Shown: in pieces, positions 20,766-28,370 of the stretch
How the letters are laid out: the number at the start of each line of letters is the position of its first letter
Numbering within the stretch: position 1 is the stretch's first letter
Origin: an uncultured bacterium
Lineage (GTDB): Bacteria > Krumholzibacteriota > Krumholzibacteriia > JACNKJ01
Length of the DNA: 64,000 bases
Direction: 5' to 3'
Assembly: GCA_963695095.1 (NCBI GenBank)
Contig: CAVOFT010000001.1
Location: 416,001-480,000, forward strand
Translations under genes and position numbers: made by a program
Notes under the pieces: generated by a model
Databases searched by the model: none
What the model saw: the letters and a program-made list of their open reading frames with translations, nothing else
Told to the model about the DNA's origin: nothing

Positions 20766-21404
20766 TTAGACACGCACGTAGCGCAAGTGGGTTGCAGCTG
20801 GACTATCAAGCACCTTGTCGATTCGGAACCGCGGAGCCGGCTCGCACAGGTTCTCGAAGAGGCGTCTCCCGCCGCCGAACACCACTGGCGCCAGCGCGAT
20901 CTCCAGCTCATCGATCGTACCCAGGTTCAGGTACTGCTGGATCACGTCCGCGCCGCCTGAGATGCGAACATCGCGGCCGCCGGCAGACTCCCTGGCCTGC
21001 TCGAGGGCCCTCTCCGGCCCGTCGTTGACGAAGTAGAAGGTCGTCCCTCCCGGCCGGACCCAGGCTTCGCGCTTCTCGCGGGTGAGCACGTAGACCGGAG
21101 TGTGAAACGGGGCCTCCTCGGGCCATGAGGCCTCGCCTTGCTCGAACATGCGCTTGCCCATGATGTTGGCACCGATGCGCTCCGTGGTGCTGCGAAGCAG
21201 CTCATTGACAGGGCCGGTCTCTCCCCCTGGTCCGAGCTTGAGGTTCTCGCGGAAGTACTGCTGATTGAGGATCCAGGCCATCAGCGCACCCCACTTCGCG
21301 CCCCAGTCCTTGTACTCGGGCCTGTCCCAGTTCTCAATGGTCATCCCATCCGGCGCCATGTAGCCGTCAAGGCTGAGTCCGATGTTCACGAAGACCTTGG
21401 GCAT
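20766..21404 (-). CDS. Dihydrofolate reductase family (RibD C-terminal) protein
   Basis: SLDGYMA, IMGKRMF, FHTPVYVLT, DVRISGGA, IDELEI..APV.FGGG.RLF. Confidence 0.9.
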   Translation of the reverse strand: MPKVFVNIGLSLDGYMAPDGMTIENWDRPEYKDWGAKWGALMAWILNQQYFRENLKLGPGGETGPVNELLRSTTERIGANIMGKRMFEQGEASWPEEAPFHTPVYVLTREKREAWVRPGGTTFYFVNDGPERALEQARESAGGRDVRISGGADVIQQYLNLGTIDELEIALAPVVFGGGRRLFENLCEPAPRFRIDKVLDSPAATHLRYVRV

Positions 21405-21425
21405 AAGGCATCTCTCCTGATTCTG

Positions 21426-21914
21426 CTACTTACCCCGGCGCGCGGCCTCGACGGCGGCGATGTCGATCTTCCCCATCTCCATCATCGCATCGAAGGCGCG
21501 CTTGGCGGCGGCGGGATCGGGGTCCGTGATCGCATCGGTCAGGGCGATCGGCGTGATCTGCCACGACAGTCCCCACTTGTCCCGGCACCAGCCGCAGGCG
21601 CTCTCCTCGCCGCCGTTGTCGACGATCGCCTGCCAGTAGCGATCCGTTTCGGCCTGGTCGGCGGTCGCGATCTGGAAGGAGAAGGCTTCGCTGTGCTTGA
21701 TCCCGGGTCCGCCGTTGAGCCCGAGGCAGGGAATGCCGAGCACCGTGAACTCGACGGTCAGCACGTCGCCCTGCTTGCCGGACGGATAGTCCCCTGGCGC
21801 GCGATGCACCGCGGTGACGGCCGAATCGGGGAAGACCTTGGCGTAGAAGCGCGCCGCTCCCTCGGCATCGTTGTCGAACCAAAGGCAGATCGTGTTCTTG
21901 GCGACCTTGCGCAT
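21426..21914 (-). CDS. PhnB/YjdN-like VOC family protein
   Basis: CLWF, AARFY..VFPDS, LNGGP, EAFSF, QAETDRYW, CGWCRDKWGLSWQI, M.KIDIA; GGAGG RBS. Confidence 0.92.
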   Translation of the reverse strand: MRKVAKNTICLWFDNDAEGAARFYAKVFPDSAVTAVHRAPGDYPSGKQGDVLTVEFTVLGIPCLGLNGGPGIKHSEAFSFQIATADQAETDRYWQAIVDNGGEESACGWCRDKWGLSWQITPIALTDAITDPDPAAAKRAFDAMMEMGKIDIAAVEAARRGK

Positions 21915-22002
21915 GCTGCTCCTCCTTTGCGATGGGCGATCGGCCATACCTTGCGCCACGGATTATGGAGGAGGGATCGTTGCCATCGCAAGGGTGGGCG
22001 GT

Positions 22003-22195
22003 GGGCTACATCGCGGGCGGGGCGATTGCGGACACCGTGATCGGCTTCGTGGCCGGTGTGCTGATGGATCTGGACGAGAAGCTCATGCGCTGGGCGGAGG
22101 CGCAGCCTGATCTTCGCAGGCGCCTCGGTGGACCTGCTGGTGCTGCTTCCCCTCGTGCTGCTCTTCCTCGTCGGCAGGGAGAGCTGCTGGCAGGA
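22003..22195 (+). pseudogene. Degenerate second copy of the OPT gene 3' end
   Basis: Direct repeat of 20482-20690 with substitutions and small deletions. Confidence 0.85.
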
Positions 22196-22311
22196 TGGGG
22201 CGGGAGGGATCGTGGGTGAGCCGCCCCTGGGGGTGGTCTTCGTCGCGCCGTCAGTAGCGTGCTTAATTAGGTGGCGGGCGGGCAGGCTCTAGGTAGCGGA
22301 TCGCAAGTACC

Positions 22312-23448
22312 CTACCAGTCCATGTTCCTGTGGGAATCCTGTTCCCACGCGGTGCGATCGAGGTAGTCGTTGAAGCTAGCAGGATCGGCCACAGCACTCT
22401 CGTAAATTGAGATGGACTCTGGATTGAAGTAGACATCTAGTCCGGCCGAGACATAGCGGAAACCGAGCTCATGTGTTCCGCTCTCGAGGAAGGAGTCGGC
22501 CCTGTCAAGCTGCTTGCAGTTCTCTGAGAAGCTTGCATCCGAGAGTGGATGAATAGAGAGGCGGTTTTCTGTCGACCTGGATAGGCGGGCAGGAATGGCT
22601 CCTACGCCGGGGACTTGGACATGGACTAGATTCAGCGAGCGATCGAAGCCTCCGTGCGTCGCCGGGTTGCGGTGCTCCTGTTTGACCCGCAGGAGCTGCT
22701 CGTAGACGGTCTTCGCAAGTGGGTTCGTTTGAAGGTCGAACACGCGCTTGTACTTCGCGGCCCAGTCGGCTGTGATGATGGACTCTAAGTCGTCCCGTTG
22801 CGCATCGAACCCGGAGAAGGGAAGGAGGAGTACCAGCACGTGCTCGAGCCAGCTGAAGAAGGCATCCAGAGCAGCGGATCCGGCGAAAAATCCTTCACGC
22901 TCGGGCCTGAAGGGGTACGAAATAGTCACTTCGCCGCGAGCGGCACGCTGTTTCACGGGTGGTGGTGGATCCGAGGAGAAGCTCGCGATTGCGAGTTCTC
23001 TAAGGTAGTCGTAGCGGTCTCGGAAGAGGCGGAAATGGTTCGGGATTGTGATGCGGCCCTCCCGGATCAACAAGCGGATCTCGGGCTCCAGATCACGTTC
23101 AACCAGCGGAACCGCGCGCTGGAGCACGTCGGCGAAGGCCTGCAGGGGAGCACCGTCCTCCCCAGCACTGGCTCGCGCGCGAACGCGAAGCCCGAACTTC
23201 TCCGATGAGACCACGATCAGCGAGCCCTTGAAGGATATGGCTGTGACCCAAGCGGTCTTCTCAATGGGTCTTGTGTCGAACCTAGCCCCGATGTAGCGCT
23301 CTAGAACGACCTTGACTAGGTACGGAGCGGGCATGTTCTGCGGAGTATCAACGAGGCGAAGACCCTCACCGGAGAACGAGAGAGACTCGGCGACGACATC
23401 CTGCAGGATAAACCGCAAGGCGTTGGTGGCTTCTGACTGCTCGCTCAT
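22312..23448 (-). CDS. Cassette-borne hypothetical protein with HEPN-like RxxxxH motif (candidate defence RNase)
   Basis: Lower GC than flanks; ATG 15 nt after attC R'; AFFSWLEHVL helix and RNPATHG motif. Confidence 0.7.
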   Translation of the reverse strand: MSEQSEATNALRFILQDVVAESLSFSGEGLRLVDTPQNMPAPYLVKVVLERYIGARFDTRPIEKTAWVTAISFKGSLIVVSSEKFGLRVRARASAGEDGAPLQAFADVLQRAVPLVERDLEPEIRLLIREGRITIPNHFRLFRDRYDYLRELAIASFSSDPPPPVKQRAARGEVTISYPFRPEREGFFAGSAALDAFFSWLEHVLVLLLPFSGFDAQRDDLESIITADWAAKYKRVFDLQTNPLAKTVYEQLLRVKQEHRNPATHGGFDRSLNLVHVQVPGVGAIPARLSRSTENRLSIHPLSDASFSENCKQLDRADSFLESGTHELGFRYVSAGLDVYFNPESISIYESAVADPASFNDYLDRTAWEQDSHRNMDW

Positions 23449-23463
23449 GCTTCCGATCTCGCC

Positions 23464-23574
23464 GCCCAACGTCCAGGAAAACCAGCGAAGGCGGCCGGCG
23501 AAGCCGGATGTCACGGGCCTGGCTACGGCCAGGCCTGTGACACAGCCTTCGGCTGGTTCATGCTGCTGTTAGGC
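23464..23574 (-). mobile_element. Complete integron attC site (111 bp)
   Basis: Minus strand GCCTAAC (R'') AGCAGC ATGAACCAGCCGAAGGC (L'') ... GCCTTCGCTGGTTTTC (L') CTGGAC GTTGGGC (R'), with central hairpin TGTCACAGGCCTGGC/GCCAGGCCCGTGACA, between two co-oriented ORFs. Confidence 0.85.
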
Positions 23575-23590
23575 TGTTCCGATATCTCAC

Positions 23591-23956
23591 CTAACGCTTC
23601 ACAAGACTGGGAAGCAAGAGCAACGACCCACAGAACGGGCACTTCACTTTCCGGCCGGCCTGCTGCAACTGCCACGCCAAGACCTGGCTGCAATTCTCGT
23701 TCGGGCACGTAACCACACGCTGCGCCTGAGTTCTGCTGCGTGAGCCAGGGGCAGCGACCGTGGGAGTCGATACCTGCCGCCCAGCGATGTCTTGGAGAAG
23801 GCGAGTTTGCTTCTGTTGCTCTTCGAGTGCGTGCCTTGCGGCGTCAGCCGCGTCTTTCGCAGCATCTGCCGCTTCTATCGCATCATGCTCTGTGCAACAG
23901 TCTGGGCATTCCATCCAGCTGTCTTGAATTGGGTATCCATGGTGACGCCGGGACAT
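23591..23956 (-). CDS. Cassette-borne small protein with Cys motifs (N-terminal HH..CPDC, coiled coil, C-terminal zinc ribbon)
   Basis: GGAGGAGG RBS; CPNENC...KVKCPFCG; bounded by GTTAGGC (24000-24006) and attC. Confidence 0.75.
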   Translation of the reverse strand: MSRRHHGYPIQDSWMECPDCCTEHDAIEAADAAKDAADAARHALEEQQKQTRLLQDIAGRQVSTPTVAAPGSRSRTQAQRVVTCPNENCSQVLAWQLQQAGRKVKCPFCGSLLLLPSLVKR

Positions 23957-24564
23957 CGGTCTAGACCTCCTCCCACTCGCAACGACGAGCTCACTTGGAG
24001 CCTAACGCGAAATGGCGACGTAGGGATAGTTAGCTTCCTGGGTGTAAACGGCCAGATAGCACCGATCATCTTCCGCAACCGCGCCAAGCAATTGTCGGCA
24101 GTGGCGCTACATTGATGCGTCAATTCAGTTGCGGACTGTACGGCGGGACGATCCGCATAGCAAGATACTGACAGCGAATCGCAGCGGACTGAGCCGGATC
24201 CGCCGCCCGGTGCCTTGTTTGGGCACTGTTGCTTCCACGCGACAAATCCTCATCGACGGGACTCCCGACGCCATGCCCCGCGATTCAGCGCATGCGCGCC
24301 GAGCATGATCGTGGTGACGTCTTGCTCCCCAGGAGTCCCTGGGCACTTCGGTTGCTTCGGCCCGACTCCAACCCGACTCCAAGAGGAGGCACAGCGGAGG
24401 ACTCGCATTCGACAAAGGCGCAAGGCGGGTCTGACCGGTCAGCCAGATGGGAGATACAGCTCTCAGGCGAGCCCAATCCGCCCCCGGGGGCGGGTCGGCG
24501 CGCCAGCGCGGCGCCGCATCCCTTTCCGCTGGCCTTCCCCCCGGCGAGGCGCTTTAATCGCCCC

Positions 24565-25272
24565 ATGCCCGCCCCGAATCCCCAACCTTCGGCCCTCATC
24601 ACCGGCGGCAGCGCCGGCATCGGCCTCGCCCTGGCCGCCGGCCTGATCGAGGACGGCTACCGCGTCGCCATCAGCGGCCGGGACGCCGCCCGCCTGGAAG
24701 CCGCTGCCAAACGAACCCACGCGACCCTCGCCCTGCCCGCCGACCTCCGCGACCCCGCCGCCGTCGACGCCGCCATCGCCCGCATCGAAACGGACTTCGG
24801 CCGCCTCGATGTCCTCGTCAACAACGCCGGCCAGGGGCGCTTCCTCTCCCTGGCCGAGACCAGCGAGGCCGACTGGGAGGCCATGATCGGCACCAACCTG
24901 ACCGGCGCCTGGCGCATCACCCGCCGCTGCCTGCCCCTGCTGCTCGCCAGCCGCGGCGCCCTCGTCAACATCATCTCGGTGGCCGGGCGCCAGGGCTTCG
25001 CCAGCAACAGCGCCTACTGCGCCAGCAAGTTCGGCCTGCGCGGCCTGGCCGAGGCCCTGCGCGAGGAGCTGCGCGGCCAGGGCCTGCGCGTCATCAACAT
25101 CTACCCCGGCGCCACGGACACGCCCTTCTGGGACACGGTTTCAGGAACCTGGGACCGCAGCCGCATGCTTCGCCCCGAGGACGTGGCCCGCGCCGCCCGG
25201 GACGCCCTCAGAATGCCCGCGGGGGCCCTGGTCGAGGACCTGGTCATCGGCCCGGCCGGCGGGGCGCTCTAG
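24565..25272 (+). CDS. SDR oxidoreductase, probable bacterial sepiapterin reductase
   Basis: TGGSAGIG, NNAGQGRF, SVA, YCASKFGLRGL, PGATDTPFW, M.RPEDVA, VEDLVIGPAGG; resembles the Chlorobium-type enzyme as recalled. Confidence 0.8.
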   Translation: MPAPNPQPSALITGGSAGIGLALAAGLIEDGYRVAISGRDAARLEAAAKRTHATLALPADLRDPAAVDAAIARIETDFGRLDVLVNNAGQGRFLSLAETSEADWEAMIGTNLTGAWRITRRCLPLLLASRGALVNIISVAGRQGFASNSAYCASKFGLRGLAEALREELRGQGLRVINIYPGATDTPFWDTVSGTWDRSRMLRPEDVARAARDALRMPAGALVEDLVIGPAGGAL

Positions 25273-25469
25273 AAAGCGCGCCGGGCGGCGGACGGGCCCG
25301 GCGAATCCGCCCTCGGGGCTGGCGGCCCCATGGGCGGCTTGGTAGATTTAGCGGACGCGGTACGCCGTTGGCGGTCCGGACCGGGAGAGCCCTGGCGCCG
25401 GAGCGGGCGACTCGCCGCATGAGCCGCCGGCGGCTGGGCAGTCGGCACGAGGGGCGTGATCTCTAGGCC

Positions 25470-27212
25470 ATGGCTTCCAAGGACATCATCATCGGTATCG
25501 TGGGCAGTGGCGGCGACGGCGTCATCACGGCGGGCGAGTTCATCGTGTCCGCCGTCTCCAGCGAGGGGCTCTTCTCCTTCCTGCTCAAGAGCTACGGCGC
25601 CCAGATCCGCGGCGGCGAGTCCTCCTGCCGCGTGCGCATCTCGTCGAACCCGGTGGTGTCCCAGGGCGACGAGCTGGACGCGCTTGTCGTGCTGAGCTGG
25701 GCCGACTACCTCAAGTTCGAGCACGAGATCGACCTGCACGCCAAGACCGTGATCGTGCACGACGAGGATGACCCCATCCCCGATGATCACGTGGCCCGCT
25801 GGGCGGATCACCCCGTCTACCGCATCCCCTTCAAGCGCCTGGCGAAGGAGGAGATGCAGACCGTCCTCACCAAGAACATCATCATGCTCGGCGCCATGAT
25901 CGAGCTGTTCGGTCTGCCCGAGCGGGGCATCGCGCACGCCATCGACAGGAAGTTCGGCAAGAAGTCCGCGGGCGTGGTGACCAAGAACCTGGAAGCCCTG
26001 GCCTGCGGCAAGCGCTGGGTGGCCGAGAACATCAAGAAGGCCGACGAGTACTTCCTCGAGTACACGCCCAGCGAGCCCAAGCTCGTCATGGAGGGCAACG
26101 CGGCCGTGGCCCTGGGCGCCGTCGTCGCCGGCTGCCGCTTCTACGCCGGCTACCCGATCACGCCGGCCAGCGAGGTCATGCACTGGATGGCCCATCACCT
26201 GCCCGCCGTGGGCGGCACCGTGGTGCAGGCCGAGGACGAGATCTCGGCCGCCGGCATGGTGATCGGCGCCTCCTTCGGCGGCATCAAGGCGATGTGCGCC
26301 ACCAGCGGCCCCGGCTTCACGCTGAAGAGCGAGATGCTCGGCCTGGCCTCGATGGCCGAAGTGCCCATGGTCATCGTCGACGTGCAGCGCGGCGGGCCGA
26401 GCACGGGCATCCCCACCAAGAGCGAGCAGACGGACCTGATGCAGGCCGTCTACGGCAGCCACGGCGACTCGCCCCGCGTGGTGATCGCGCCCACCGACGT
26501 GGAGGATTGCTTCGACACGGCGGTCTACGCCTTCGACATCGCCGAGGAGTTCCAGATCCCCGTGGTGCTGCTCTCGGACCAGTTCATCGGCCAGCGCAAG
26601 GAGACCGTGCGCCCCTTCCCGGTGGATCGCCGCGAGGTCTACGGGCGGGTGAAGCCCAATGCCGAGGAGCTGGCGACCTACAAGCGCTACCGCCTCGACA
26701 CGGAAACCGGTGTCTCGCCGATGGCCGTGCCGGGCATGCCGGGCGGGCAGTACCCGGCCTCGGGCATCGAGCACAACGAGCTGGGCGATCCGACGAGCCG
26801 GATCAACCTGCACGACGCGATGACCGAGAAACGCTATCGCAAGTACAAGTACATCGTCGAGAAGTACAGCTTCGTGCGCCGCTACGGCGACGACGACGCG
26901 AGCGTGGGCATCCTGGCCTGGGGTTCCACCAAGGGCGTCGTCAAGGAGGCGGTGGCACTGCTGCAGGCGGAGGGCTACAAGGTGGGGGCGATGATCCCCC
27001 AGCTCCTGCATCCCTTCCCGATGGCGGCCTTCGATCAGTTCCTGGCGGGGAAGAAGCGGCTGGTGGTGGCGGAGCTGAGCTATCGCGGGCAATTCCTGCA
27101 GTTCATCCGCTCGCGCTGCACGATCACGGCGCCTGTTCACCACGTCGCCCGGCCGGGCGGCAAGCCCTTCACCGTCCGCGAGATCACCGAAGCCCTGCGG
27201 GAGGTCCTCTGA
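25470..27212 (+). CDS. korA: 2-oxoacid:ferredoxin oxidoreductase subunit alpha (gamma-alpha fusion)
   Basis: GSGGDGV, YGAQIRGG, GYPITPASE, QAEDEISA, ATSGPG, QRGGPSTGIPTK.EQ.D. Confidence 0.95.
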   Translation: MASKDIIIGIVGSGGDGVITAGEFIVSAVSSEGLFSFLLKSYGAQIRGGESSCRVRISSNPVVSQGDELDALVVLSWADYLKFEHEIDLHAKTVIVHDEDDPIPDDHVARWADHPVYRIPFKRLAKEEMQTVLTKNIIMLGAMIELFGLPERGIAHAIDRKFGKKSAGVVTKNLEALACGKRWVAENIKKADEYFLEYTPSEPKLVMEGNAAVALGAVVAGCRFYAGYPITPASEVMHWMAHHLPAVGGTVVQAEDEISAAGMVIGASFGGIKAMCATSGPGFTLKSEMLGLASMAEVPMVIVDVQRGGPSTGIPTKSEQTDLMQAVYGSHGDSPRVVIAPTDVEDCFDTAVYAFDIAEEFQIPVVLLSDQFIGQRKETVRPFPVDRREVYGRVKPNAEELATYKRYRLDTETGVSPMAVPGMPGGQYPASGIEHNELGDPTSRINLHDAMTEKRYRKYKYIVEKYSFVRRYGDDDASVGILAWGSTKGVVKEAVALLQAEGYKVGAMIPQLLHPFPMAAFDQFLAGKKRLVVAELSYRGQFLQFIRSRCTITAPVHHVARPGGKPFTVREITEALREVL

Positions 27213-28119
27213 TGGCCATCGACGCGAACCAGCAACCCACGCCGGCGGATGCCGTCGACAAGAAGCGCGTGCCCACCGACTACAAGCGCGACTTGAAGCC
27301 GGTCTGGTGCACGGGCTGCGGGGACTTCGGCGTGCTGCAGAGCATCTACCGCGCGCTGGCGAGCTGGCGATCGCGCCCGAGAACGTGGGCATCATCTCCG
27401 GCATCGGCTGCTCCTCGCGCCTGCCGGGCTACGTGAACACCTACGGCTTCAATGCGCTGCACGGGCGGGCGCTGCCCATCGCCCAGGGCCTCAAGCTGGC
27501 GCGGCCGGAGATCACGGTGCTCGCGGTGGGCGGCGACGGCGACGGCATCTCGATCGGCATGGGCCACTTCCCGCACGCCGCGCGCCGCAACGTGAACATG
27601 ACCTACATCATGATGGACAACTTCATCTACGGCCTCACCAAGGGGCAGGTCTCCCCGACCACCCCCAAGGGCGACACCACGGTGAGCACGCCCTTCGCCT
27701 CTATCGATTCCCCGCTCGACCCGGTGAAGTTGGCCCTGTCCTTCAACGTGTCCTTCATCGCGCGCGCCTTCGCCGGCGACCTCAAGCACATGACGGACAT
27801 GGTGAAGCTGGCCATCGAGCACAAGGGCTTCTCCTTCGTGCACGCGCTCAGCCCCTGCCCCACCTTCCGCGGCATGGACGAGTTCAAGCGCGTGCGCGCG
27901 GCCGTGAACTACGTCGAGCCCAAGGCCGAGGAGCTGGCCAGCAAGGCGGCCGCCTTTGCCCGCGAGGAGGAGTTCGCCGGCAAGATCAACCTGGGCGTCC
28001 TTTACCGCGCGACGCGGACCACCTATGAGGACGAAACCCAGCTCGTGCGGGAGCGCTCGCTGAAGTCCCGCGGCCGTGCCCCGGAAATGCAGGAGTTGCT
28101 CGGGGAGTTCATGCCCTAG
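27212..28119 (+). CDS. korB: 2-oxoacid:ferredoxin oxidoreductase subunit beta; one frameshift near 27360
   Basis: PVWCTGCGDFG, then after the shift SGIGCSSR, LHGR, GGDGD, YGLTKGQ.SPT, SPCPTF. Confidence 0.93.
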
Positions 28120-28145
28120 CCCCCGAGGCAGATCGCCGACCACCG

Positions 28146-28180
28146 GCGCCGGGCTCTCCGCGAGCCCGGCGCTTTCTTTT
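28146..28180 (+). terminator. Rho-independent terminator after korB
   Basis: GCGCCGGGCTC-tccgc-GAGCCCGGCGC followed by TTTCTTTT. Confidence 0.85.
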
Positions 28181-28370
28181 GAGTTCAAATTCAGGCCAAT
28201 GGCTCCGGATATTGCACTATCTGCTCCATGGGGTGGAGATGAGTTGCATGACCTCGAAATATCATGGACATGTCAAAATCTGGTAGCCAAAGGGGACTTC
28301 CCTGTCTAGGATATCCCCAAGTCAACTGCATTTACCGTGCGGGCCCTGCCCTTGCTCTTGGAGGTCTAAG

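Noticed and set aside
24111..24124. FNR box
   Set aside because: TTGA-N4-TCAA is 2 nt too short for TTGAT-N4-ATCAA.
24125..24560. Integron integrase remnant
   Set aside because: None of the ORF-track translations here shows tyrosine recombinase or IntI N-terminal motifs by eye.
4275..27400. Programmed frameshifting or selenocysteine recoding in yqeC, trkH, OPT, korB
   Set aside because: Shifts are scattered in GC runs of genes not known to be recoded, and no in-frame TGA at a catalytic position was seen; sequencing error is simpler.
28200..28216. Sigma54 promoter
   Set aside because: GG-to-GC spacing is 11 nt rather than the required 10.
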